15,722 bases of DNA from Tubiluchus corallicola (lineage: Eukaryota > Animalia > Priapulida), in NCBI GenBank assembly GCA_030141605.1, contig JAQGDQ010001520.1, forward strand, positions 20,925 to 36,646, read 5' to 3'. The position numbers were made by a program, and so were the translations under genes. This document shows, in pieces, positions 1 to 10,562 of this stretch; positions within the stretch are counted from its first letter, which is position 1, and every line of letters begins with the position of its first letter. The notes beneath the pieces are model-generated. The model ran no database searches and was not told the DNA's origin. It saw only the letters and a list, made by a program, of their open reading frames with translations.

Positions 1-108
1 GCTTGTGTAGTTATAGTCTATTCTTACTGTAAATGTTACTAATGTCTAATGTAATCTTGTAGTAAAACTTGTCAGCTTGTGTAGTTATAGTCTATTCTTA
101 CTGTAAAT
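1..108. repeat. 34-bp direct repeat, 74-bp period, probably truncated by the window start
   Basis: GCTTGTGTAGTTATAGTCTATTCTTACTGTAAAT occurs at 1-34 and 75-108. Confidence 0.85.
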
Positions 109-111
109 ATT

Positions 112-431
112 GTGCTGCGGCCTACACTGTGCGGCATGACTCCAAGACAAAAACGAAAATGAATAAAATAAAAATGACGATTTATTATCAGAAAAAGAAA
201 AGTTTCAAATGGCTTACCGAATGGAGACGTGCGAACAGAGCTGGGATGAGATGAAGCAACCACTGACCACTGACAAGGATCTACAGCAGACCTACCCTTT
301 TTATAAGCTCAGGTGTGCACGTGACTAGTGGCTCCCACTAACACAAGGTCAGAATAAGCGTCTATGTGCTAGTTAAAGCCACGTTCACACGCACACCTGA
401 GAAGTCTGCTGTATTCTCCTGCCAGTATTAC
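112..431 (-). promoter_or_regulatory. Repeated promoter-like module, copy 1: E-boxes, TATA, Inr, short non-coding exon, splice donor
   Basis: Minus strand: CACGTG/CACCTG E-boxes, TATAAAAA (305-298), TCAGT Inr-like motif (273-269), ~54 nt without ATG, then TCG|GTAAGC (GT at 217-216). 265-431 is an inverted copy of 14887-15051; patchy similarity continues past the donor (ATAATAAAT.GTCATTT, CATGCCGCAC.GTGT.GGCCGC). Promoter function is inferred from motifs only. Confidence 0.55.
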
Positions 432-922
432 ACTATCTCATCACAGCCCTGCAGTACAATATGAAAAATCATCCTGTCTTCCTTTAAGCATTAAATGTAT
501 TAGTTACATCTGTGTAAATCAGAAAGCATTTCAAGACATCTTCGAAAAACAACTAATGCTTTAAGCTTAAGAACTTAGTTAAGCCAAAACTCGCCTAAGT
601 GCTAATGACTGTAAAAGTTGGTTCTCTTATTGCTAGAATTGGCATTGTTTTAGCTCTTGTTTTTGCCACATTTACGTAATTATTTTCTATCCTGCTGCTT
701 CTTGCAACGTTTATGGATTTGCCAGTTTCTTCAGATGATTTGATCCTGGCTACCTTTTCTATAGTGGAATAATGTTTTGGAATCGGTGAAGGCATATCTA
801 TTCACAGAAACACGTTTTAGTTTGAGGTTCAACATTTTGTAAATTGCCAAGCTTGTCGCACCGCGTGCTTTTTCTTCACCTTTTTCTTCTTCTTCTTTGC
901 CTCTTCCTTTTTGTTCTTTGAA

Positions 923-3039
923 TTATTCTTTGTCTAAATCTTCTCCTGGTTGGACGGCTGCTGTAACTGCTTGTGCTGAAGAGAATTTGGTTTGCAGGTG
1001 GAAGTTTGGAAATGATGGTGTCGTTTGTGACGTTTCAGTTGATGTTTGTGACGTCGTTGCCATTCTTACGTCTTCTGTTTGTGTTTTTGTTGAGTGCATT
1101 GTTTTACTTGTCTCTCTTAGTGTTGTTGACGTCACTACCGACGTAGTAGGTCTGTTGCTTAAAAGAGGTTCAGTTGTCATTTTTGAAAATGGTTCAGATG
1201 TTGTGTCCATTTTAGAACTATTCTTTGGCGATTTTGTCAGTCGTTTAGTTGACATTGTGTCCCTAATTTTTTCTGTTTGTAGTTCATCTTCAGGCGAACG
1301 TTCATCGTTCATCTTTAATGAACTCGAGACACGTCTTGTTGTTTCTGTTGTTAATTCTGTTTGAGTTTCTTCTGAGAATGTTCCTGTCGTAGTTTCTATC
1401 CTGAAGTCTGCTTCACTTGTTTCTTCTAAGACTATTTCGATTGGTGTATCTTTCGTTGTTGCAGCAATTGATGCAGTGTTTCCAGTTTCCAATACGCTTT
1501 CTAAATCTCCTCTGTGGGTGTTTTCTGAAACTTCTTCTTGGATTGTAGTCACAGCATGTTGTACTGTGGTTGAAGTCGTCAGAAAGGAATTTGGCATGGC
1601 AGTAGCCAGTGTTGTTCTTTCCAAGGCTGTTCTCGAGAGATCTTCTGTTCCCGTTTGTGCTCCACTTGGGAGAGTTGCCATTGTTTCACCGAGGGATGGC
1701 TTTGTTGTGGTTGTAGTTGCTGTTGGCATGGCAGTAGCCAGTGTTGTTCTTTCCAAGGCTGTTCTCGAGAGATCTTCTGTTCCCGTTTGTGCTCCACTTG
1801 GGAGAGTTGCCATTGTTTCACCGAGGGATGGCTTTGTTGTGGTTGTACTTGCTGTTGGCATGGCAGTAGCCAGTGTTGTTCTTTCCAAGCCTGTCCTCGA
1901 GAGATCTTCTGTTGCCGTTTGTGCTCCACTTGGGAGAGTTGCCATTGTTTCACCGAGGGATGGCATTGTTGTGGTTGTTGTTAGCGATAGCGTCAATTTT
2001 ACATTTGTTGTCGTTTTTGTGGCATTCAAGTCTGTTAGCATTGTTGGAGTATTCGAAAATTTTGTCGCGTTCGGCGTCTCTAAGGCCGTCGACATTTTTT
2101 CGTCTACCTGTGTAGTTTCTGTTGTTGATACTGCAGTGGACAAAGATGTGCTTTGCATGACCCCAGATTCGTCATTTGCTTTTGCTTTATCAGCTTCATC
2201 TACAAATGTCTTTGCTACTTTTATTGCTCCTTTACTAGTGTTTACTTCTAGCACTTTTTCACTGCTTAGTGCCGATTCTGTTGCTGTTGTTGCAGATGAA
2301 TTTGTCATGAATGACATGTCGTTTTCTTTTGATGTTTTCGGTATTACATTTATTATAGATGTCGTTGCTGTTGCACTTGTGAATGCTAAGACGTTTTCGG
2401 TACCTGGAGATATTGCTGTTTCTGTTATTTTTGATGATGTTAATATACTATTGCTTGTTGTTGTTGTTGCTGCTGCTGCTGTTGTTGTTTTTGGTTCTGT
2501 CACTAATGATGGCAAAGTGGAATCGGCCATCGTTACATTGGATGATTCAGATTCTTTTTGCTGCTTTGGCATAGATGTTGATGATAATGATGATGATGTT
2601 GTTGACGATTTTGTCCCTTCTGTCGCCCGTGCTTGCAATTCAGTCAATTCCGTTACTGCATGCGCTACATTAATAGCTTGTAATACTGTACTGTTTACAA
2701 GAGATAACACGGTTTGTGCTGCTGTTGTCATTGTCGTTGTAGCTGGCACTGGTACAGTTTTTGCAGGAGTGACTGTAATTGCCTGAAATGAATCAACACT
2801 TTGTTCTGAAGTAGTTAATGTCTCAGCAGAAGAAACTAATGAAGTTTCGGTTTCAGTTGATGTCTCTATAGAAAGAACTAAAGATTTAATTGGTCTAACT
2901 GGTTCCTGGCAGCCAAATTCTTCAAGTGTAATGACTTTGACGTCATGAACTCTGGCAGGTATTGCGCAATCGATAATGGAAACGTTCCATGTCACAGCTT
3001 TTGTCCATTTCATTCCACAGTCACACACAAGTGGATTAT
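923..3039 (-). CDS. Exon D (terminal): LRRCT cap followed by a long Thr/Ser-rich mucin-like region
   Basis: Acceptor tgtttttgcAG at 3041-3040, phase 1. Spliced reading (N)NPLVCDCGMKWTK...IDCAIP...LEEFGC fits an LRRCT motif; then ~650 aa rich in T/S/A/E; TAA at 925-923. No hydrophobic transmembrane stretch visible. Confidence 0.88.
1591..1980 (-). repeat. Coding VNTR: 3 x 132 bp (44 aa, PSLGETMATLPSGAQTxTEDLSRTxLERTTLATAMPTAxTTTTK)
   Basis: TTGGCATGGCAGTAGCC recurs at 1591, 1723 and 1855; the units are nearly identical. Confidence 0.95.
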
Positions 3040-3165
3040 CTGCAAAAACAATTATAATCAGCCATCGGTCACGTGTTTTCTACAAGAAAATAATCATAAC
3101 CAGTGATTAGCCAAAAGTTGTCTCCAAAAGACAGGCAGTTAAGCAGGCGTGAATCGTCAGCTAGA

Positions 3166-3441
<276 letters not shown>

Positions 3442-3717
3442 ATTCTGCAAAGAAGTGCTTACAACCAGGTTCTAGTCATAAATTATTTAGAGCAAAGCGA
3501 CAATACAGCCAGCCATTTGCCATTCACTGATGAATTATCTATAATGAAAATTCTAATATTAATCTAAATAATTATAACTAGTACCACAAATTTTTGACGA
3601 AAAAGAAATTATAATCGCCTTTAACCACAAATTTTCTACAAAAATGTAATCGTAGTCGATTACTCAAAGTGGTTTATTTGCACTGAAGTAATAGTTGAAT
3701 GTATAACCGTCTCTTTG

Positions 3718-4289
3718 GACTAAATCCTCGCTTAACGAGGCTAATGCATTCCAGCAAATTGTGACATTAAGCAAAACAACGTTAAATGAAGCCAAGACTT
3801 CCATAGAAAGTAATATAAAAGAATTGAAATATGTTCCAGAGACAAAAATCAATACTGCTTAATTCATGTAAGTTAAACATTCTACGAGTTTTATTCATAT
3901 TTCTACTGATTAATGTCTTCCTGCTTGCCCGAAACCACCTACATATTTTACTTACCAATACCTAGCTATAATAACTTCTCTTTTGTTAACGTGTAAGCCT
4001 AGTCAGCAGTTAAACAATAAACAAGCAAAAGCCAAGCCCTGGGCGACTTTGAGAATTTTACCTACATACTTAGTCTGGTTGCTATAGCAACAGGTTGCAG
4101 GCAAAATTTCTTGCCTAAAGTTTGCTCGCTGGTAATTAGGTAAACAAAGTTTGATAAGATAAAAATTTGCCTTGAGCAAAGTAAAAAAATCATCGTTAAA
4201 GTGAAACGTGCGTCGTTAAGTGAAAAAAAGGTGTCAAATGATGAGCGTCGTTAAAACGAAACGGGGAGTTGTTAAGCGAGGACTTACTG
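3718..4289. mobile_element. Non-autonomous Tc1/mariner-superfamily (pogo/Tigger-like) MITE, copy 1
   Basis: Right TIR GTTAAGCGAGGACTTACTG (4271-4289) followed by TA; degenerate left TIR TAAATCCTCGCTTAACG (3721-3737); no transposase ORF. Body is the reverse complement of 11198-11580 and 10563-10700. Confidence 0.8.
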
Positions 4290-4639
4290 TATTTGCAAAA
4301 AGTAATTGTAACCAGTTATTAGCCACATAGACAAGAAGTACACAATCATTGACTGCAAAAAGTAAAATCTAGTAAAATCAACTTGCATCAAACGTTACTT
4401 AGTGAAAACATGCCGTATGCGCGCACAAGCCTATATTGAAGGCCCTGTAACAATATTACCAACTGCGTAAAGAAAAAAATATGAAAACAGTAGGCTGGAT
4501 GACTATTGACTGGAGATTGGCTGGAAGTCAAAATTCCAATGTCACACAGAATAACAGACAGGGCAAACATTGGGCCTATGGTAATTCACATTGCCCGATG
4601 TTTGCATGTTCTCACATCAGCGTCATTATCATATCAACG

Positions 4640-4841
4640 TCACATAACATCACATCATATCACCTCACCTCATCTCACTTCACATTATCTCACTTCACTT
4701 CACATCACCTCACATCACATATCACCTCACTTCACATCTCACTTCACATGACATCACATCATCTCACCTCACCTCACCTCACCTCACCTCACTTCACATT
4801 ATCTAACTTCACATCACATCACCTCACATCACATCACATCA
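4640..4841. repeat. Pentanucleotide microsatellite (CACAT/CACCT/CACTT)n
   Basis: Directly visible imperfect 5-bp periodicity. Confidence 0.95.
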
Positions 4842-4967
4842 TATTATTTAGGCAAAAAAGGCAAAAAAGTAAAATAGCACACAAAGCATATAAAAAGCCG
4901 TTGATGCCTGTCCCATGTCATCAAAACTGGGACTCTTTGATCATGCTGCAAGATCAATAATATTAAT

Positions 4968-5583
4968 TAGTCTATTAGTGATGTAGTGCAATTAAAATGC
5001 ATTACCTTATAGCGAGTTCATAGTAGCAAAATTTTCTTGCCTAGTAACTCACAAGCGTGTTCAGACTAGAGAACAAAACTTGCTACTAGTTACTCTCTGA
5101 CAGTAACCGTGAGACAACTCTCACTTATCTGTTCACTGTGAGAAGTGTCGAGAGTAACTCGCCGAGTAACTCAGACTACAGTTTGTAAAGACTTGCCGAC
5201 AGTCATGCATTCAGACTAGAGAGCAAAGGTTATTGTGAGTTACTCTCAGACAGTAAGCGCGAGCTAACATTCTCTTCTCTATTCACTGCAAGAATTGTCG
5301 AGAGTAAGTCACCAAGTAACTCACAAGTACGTTCAAACTAGAGAGCAAAAGTTGCTGTGAGTTACTCTCAGACAGTAAGCGCGAGCTGTTACTCACTTCT
5401 ATATTCACTGTGAGAAGTGTCGAGAGTAACTCGCCGAGTAACTTATACTATAGTTTGCAAAGACTTGCCGACAGTAATGCATTCAGACAAGCGAGTTTTT
5501 TCGCCAGAGTAGCTCACAGAAAACTTCCCAGTCTAAACTAGCCATTGTGCTAGTTGCAAATGCCAAAAGCACTTCATACTTAC
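4968..5583. repeat. Duplicated intron block after exon C with a 150/122/150-bp tandem array
   Basis: TTCA(G/A)AC unit starts at 5060, 5210, 5332 and 5482; direct copy of 8455-9240 (offset 3487 across the array). Confidence 0.92.
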
Positions 5584-6339
5584 TTGTCATTTCTAGGTGT
5601 ATGTTCTCTGACGATGTTTCAGGGTGCAATATCGGCATATCCATATGTTTTATACTTGTCCCATAAATAATAATCAAATTAATATTCCTATTATTTGATA
5701 AATCAAAATTAGCAGTTACTAGTGACTTGCTAGACCCGATTAGTACACTTTGTAGCTCTTCTAATTCAGAAAAGGCCAGTGGATGGATGGTCAGTAGGTG
5801 GAAATTTGACCATAGCAAAACTTTCTTTATGTTACCATGAATGGCAGCTTTGCCAAGTGTTTCCAGCTTGGAAAATATTATGTTCAATTGATCAACTGTT
5901 TTGCCGTTCAGAAATTGTGATGGCAAATGACTGCTTTTGTAATTGTACAAGAGAAAGCCACTAGTGTAGGTTGACAATGACTGGGATATGATTTCAAGAT
6001 CGTGCACGTTCATGGCCTGTGAACAATTCACTATGCAACTGTCGTACTCTGTGTAGGTGCAGTTGAGCAAAAAAGGTCCACACACATTAACTTCTGTCTC
6101 GCCATTTTCTAATTCATTGGGTAGTTTACACGTTATGTGGCACAGTGTATTGTTATCACTTCTGCCACAATTGCCGTTTGACAGATGGCATTCTGATGAT
6201 GGTTCTGGACAACCAAATTCTTCGAGTTTAATCTCATTCACAAACCAGTGTCTCTGTGGAACAGCACAATCTATTCTAGACAGATTCCAGTTCAGTGACT
6301 TTGTCCATTGCATACTGCAGTTGCACACAAGCGGGTTGT
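5584..6339 (-). CDS. Exon C: LRRCT + Cys-rich motifs + degenerate LRRs (252 codons, phase 1-1)
   Basis: Acceptor gttttttgtAG (6341-6340); donor ACA A|GTAAGT (GT 5583-5582); 756 nt. Reads NNPLVCNCSMQW...CGPFLLNC...LPSQFLNGK...IHPLAFSELEELQSVLI...IHLEMT. Paralogous to A and B. Confidence 0.9.
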
Positions 6340-6780
6340 CTACAAAAAACACAGAGAAATAAATCAAATCAAATCATTTATTGTTTTGTGTCTCTGTTGA
6401 ACTTCTTTCTAATTCATTTATTTTCTCTTTTTCTCTATCTCTGTCTATTATTTTATCTTAACTACTCCCTGTTTTTCTATGATTCTCTCTCTTGTAAATT
6501 AAGTCGTTTTTCACTTTTCACGGTGGTCTTACAAGCTTTGCTTCTTGACCACCATGCAGCATCTATCTCTTGTTGACAAACTATTACGTAGTTTAGTAAC
6601 TATGTTAGTATACTTCTGTTAAATATTTGGAATTTTTCCCTAACTATATCATGCTATAGTATACTAACGTATTTCTGTTACAATTATTGTAACTATATTT
6701 CATTTTCTAGTTATAGGGCATAATAGTTAAAGATAATAATGCAAATTGTAATGTAAAAATACATGCTGAAGTGATAATAA

Positions 6781-6804
6781 ATTACAATTACAATTACAAT
6801 TACA
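6781..6804. repeat. (ATTACA)4 microsatellite
   Basis: Directly visible. Confidence 0.8.
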
Positions 6805-8454
6805 AAATTTCCTCACATACAACATCGATTAAAGCTTAGTGGCACAATTATAATAGCCAATCAAATGGGAAGGGGTGGCGAAGAACATGCGTTATCGTAT
6901 CAGCCACCCCAACTCAGGTCTGTTATAAATATTTCGCACGCAGTGCAGACGATAACTAATCAAAAATAATGAAATATTGAATTATGCACTTGTTTATATA
7001 ACATAAAAGAAAAACGCCAAAAACGAAAATTTCACATTCTAAAAAAAGAAATAATAAAGGAATGAATTGTACTAGCATGCTAAATATAGCATAATTTGCA
7101 TGTAACTCGAATTTAAGGAATTTTAGTGATAACTCACTATACTCAATAACAAGAAAACATGCATTTTATGAACGTATTAAAAGTACGTAAAACAAAATCA
7201 TGCAAAATCGTAACAAAGTATAAATGCAGTAATGTTAAGCTAATATTATAATTATAAAAATCCAAGAATATTCTCATTACCATTTACATGCAAATCAAAA
7301 TCATATGTTGCGAAATATTTAATATTATGCAGAAAATGCAAACCACTGATGAGTACTATAAATACTGTCAATTTTTTAGCAAGGGCTTCTTTTAAACGGG
7401 GTACTTATAGTAAGGCAGCAACGCGATGGATAGTGCCTTACAAGATGAACATAATTTTAGCGTATAATATGGCGAATTTAATTTTAAAATTGGAAAACAA
7501 AAATGCGAGAACTCGTATGCCGCTACTGATGCTAACTGTGTGTATTACTAAGTTGTCAGGTTAACTAAATATAATTATTAAATATAACACAAATTCTTTT
7601 GCAGCAAAGGTTTGTTATGTTTAGTTTAAACATAATTTATTTAGGATTGGATCAGGCAGTTTGTACAACATGATTTAAGATCCTCACCACAACAGACTTT
7701 ATACACTATTTACAAGAACATTTACAGTAAGAATAGATTATAGTTAGTTTTTACTATACTTTAGTGTACTAAAGTTTTACTACAGTGATACATTAAAGTG
7801 ATACAGTAAAAATGACGGTTAGTAAATATTGATGTACGATTATTTAAGAATGATGCATTTTATGTCAGATAGAAACTACTGGAAGCGTTTAGTACGTAAT
7901 ATAAAATCATGTATACATTGGAATATTTTACAGTTAGTAACATTGTTAAATTCATCTTTACCGAATAATAACAACTTCAACAGATCATTAGTTCCTAAGA
8001 CTGCTATATTAAGGTTTGTTATGTTTGTATATGACTGAACGTTTAACAGGTAAAACAATTGTAATTAAGCACTGGATGTTGCTAACAAATGACCTGTTTA
8101 ATTGTCAAAAATATAAATGAATTTCAATTTAACATTAGTTTTTCAAAATTGTTAATAATTATTAATGAAATTAAAGGAAAGAAATCAACGAAAATTTCTG
8201 CTAAATATGTCTTTGACCTCCTCAAAAATACCCAAATGTTTAGTAATATTTATTTGATATCAAAATTTCACGTAATTACTGAATTTTAAATGTTCAACAT
8301 TCATCAGTTCATTTACATTAAATACTATGAGCCCCAAGCTTGACACGACTCGCTTGAAAACATAGTTTTATAGTTTGAAAAAAAGCATGCTTGCAGTTCA
8401 TCTAAAATAAGAAATAAATTATTTTTATAAACAGTAAAATTGTTAACAATCAGC

Positions 8455-9240
8455 TAGTCTATCAGTGATGTACTTCAGTTAAAATGCATTGCCTTATAGC
8501 GAGTTCATACTAGCAAAATTTTCTTGCCTAGTAACTCACAAGCGTGTTCAGACTAGAGAACAAAACTTGCTACTAGTTACTCTCTGACAGTAACCGTGAG
8601 ACAACTCTCACTTATCTGTTCACTGTGAGAAGTGCGGAGAGTAACTCGCCGAGTAACTCATACTACAGTTTGCAAAGACTTGCCGACAGTAATGCATTCA
8701 GACTAGAGAGCAAAAGTTACTGGGAGTTACTCTCAGACAGTAAGCGCGAGCTAACATTCACTTCTCTATTCACTGCGAGAAGTGTGGACAGTAAGTCACC
8801 AAGTAACTCGCAAGTACGTTCAGACTAGAGAGCAAAAGTTGCTGTGAGTTACTCTCAGACAGTAAGCGCGAGCTGTCACTCACTTCTATATACACTGTGA
8901 GAAGTGTCGAGAGTAACTCGCCGAGTAACTCATAATATAGTTTGCAAAGACTTGCCGACAGTAATGCATTCAGAATAGCGAGTTTTCTCGCCAAGTAAAC
9001 TTGCAGTAATTCTCCAAGTAAACTTGCAGTAATTCTCCAAGTAAACTTGCAGTAATTCGCCAAGTAAACTTGCAGTAATTCGCCATGTAAACTTGCAGTA
9101 ATTCTCCAAGTAAACTTGCAGTAATTCTCCAAGTAAACTTGCAGTAATTCGCCAAGTAAGCCAGAATAGCTCACAGAAAACTTCTTAGTCTAGACTAGCC
9201 ATTGTGCTAGTTGCAAATACCAAATTCACTTCATACTTAC
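8455..9240. repeat. Duplicated intron block after exon B with a 150/122/150-bp tandem array
   Basis: Unit starts at 8547, 8697, 8819 and 8969; roughly 90-95% identical by eye to 4968-5583 apart from the inserted minisatellite. Confidence 0.92.
8991..9159. repeat. 23-bp minisatellite, 7 full copies plus a partial
   Basis: CCAAGTAAACTTGCAGTAATTC(T/G) at 8991, 9014, 9037, 9060, 9083, 9106, 9129, partial at 9152; head-to-tail with no spacers. Confidence 0.97.
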
Positions 9241-9999
9241 TTGTAATTTCTAGATGTATGTTCTCTGGGAATGTTTCGCGGTGCAATAGTGGCATATCCA
9301 TGTGTTCTACACTTGTTCCGTAAATAATAATTAAATTAATATTTCTGTTATTAGTCAAGTCAAATTTGATAGTATCCAAGGATGAACTGGACCCTACTAT
9401 AATGCTTTGTAACTCTTCTAGTCTGGAAAAGGCCCGCGGATGAATGGTCGTCAAATAATAATTGGACCACAGTAAGACTTTTCCAATGTTTCCATGAACA
9501 GCGCCCTCTCCGACAGACAGCAGATTTGAAAATATGATGTTCAATTCATCCACTGCTTTTCCTTTGAGAAAATTCTTAGGTAATTCGTTGTCCTCATAGT
9601 TATACAGTATGAAAGCCTCGGTGTGGTATGGCAAAGACTGGGAGACGATTTCTAGGTCTGTTTGGTTCATGCCCAGAGAACAGTTCACAATACAGTCATC
9701 AAATGACGTATAGTCACAGCTGTACCTCAACGGTCCACACACTTTTAGATCTGTACCCTTTTGTGCACTTTTTAACAAATGACACTCGATGAAGCAAAGG
9801 GACTCATGATTATTTTCACAGTTGGTTGTGGTTAGTTCGCATACAGGTTTCTTGTTAAGTTGTTTCGGACAGACAAAGTCGTGGAGCCTAATTTCATCTG
9901 TCAGCCACTGTTTATGTGGAACAGCACAATCGATCCTAGAAACGTTCCAGTTGTGGGATTTCGTCCACTTCATTTCGCAGTTACAAATAAACGGATTGT
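9241..9999 (-). CDS. Exon B: LRRCT + Cys-rich motifs + degenerate LRRs (253 codons, phase 1-1)
   Basis: Acceptor cactttttcAG (10001-10000); donor ACA A|GTAAGT (GT 9240-9239); 759 nt. The A-B junction reads LELT-NNPFICNCEMKW, a canonical last-LRR/LRRCT motif. Confidence 0.9.
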
Positions 10000-10047
10000 C
10001 TGAAAAAGTGTAAAATACGATTCTAAAACAGACTGTCTAAGAACAAG

Positions 10048-10250
10048 ACGTGAAAAAGTGTATTATTGACAAATGTATGTGGATTATCTGGAAAAATAGA
10101 TTATAGATTGTCGTGGATAAGCAGATTATTTGGTAAGCAATACCTATATGTAGGCCGAATACGTGAAAAACTGCATTGTGGACAAATGTATGTGGATTAT
10201 CTGGAAAGATAGATTATGGATTGTCGTGGATAACCGGATTATCTGGTAAG
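10048..10250. repeat. Tandem duplication, two ~90-bp copies, 112-bp period, rich in GGATTA/GGATTG
   Basis: ACGTGAAAAA...GACAAATGTATGTGGATTATCTGGAAA...GATTGTCGTGGATAA...GGTAAG occurs twice (10048 and ~10160). Confidence 0.85.
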
Positions 10251-10562
10251 GAACACTTCGAACTGCTTGTGTTTTTTTCCAAAAAACAAACAATTACAAG
10301 TAAGCGGATTACCGAAAAAATGGATCATTATGAAAACGAATTACAGACACCCAGCATCAATTCGTTCTGAAAAATGCACAATAATTATACCAGCATCGTC
10401 CATTCAATACATCATTTTGCTGGATAGTTCTCGATAATGAGCTAGGTACTAGTCCAGCCACAGTCGTCAACACGATAAATAGACTGTGAAGTTAATTGGC
10501 AGGATTTTGATTTGCAGTGTGCCAAGTTGGACAAAATATATAAACAAATGAGTAAATAAATA

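Noticed and set aside
1-108. Repeat-spacer-repeat (34 bp + 40 bp) resembling CRISPR
   Set aside because: Only two copies, non-palindromic, at the window edge of a eukaryotic locus; a simple tandem duplication explains it.
897-2786. Plus-strand ORFs of 155, 436, 109, 80 and 63 aa, and the alternate-frame minus ORF 1579-1953
   Set aside because: Antisense or frame shadows of the Thr/Ser-rich exon and its VNTR; the Val-rich reading is just the complement of ACN codons.
4481-4960. His/Thr/Ser-rich ORFs
   Set aside because: Translations of the pentanucleotide microsatellite.
5483-5583. Shared C-terminal tail SKYEVxLxFATSTMASLD of the exon B and C ORFs
   Set aside because: Lies after the GTAAGT donor; similarity follows from the duplicated intron. 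An intron-retention isoform cannot be excluded but has no support.
6590-8450. Short ORFs of 60-71 aa in AT-rich intron (also 10176-10370 and 12075-12263)
   Set aside because: No recognisable motifs or splice support; lengths compatible with chance.
8770-9174. Repetitive ORFs and a possible CRISPR array
   Set aside because: Head-to-tail 23-bp minisatellite with no spacers, no cas genes, eukaryotic intron context.
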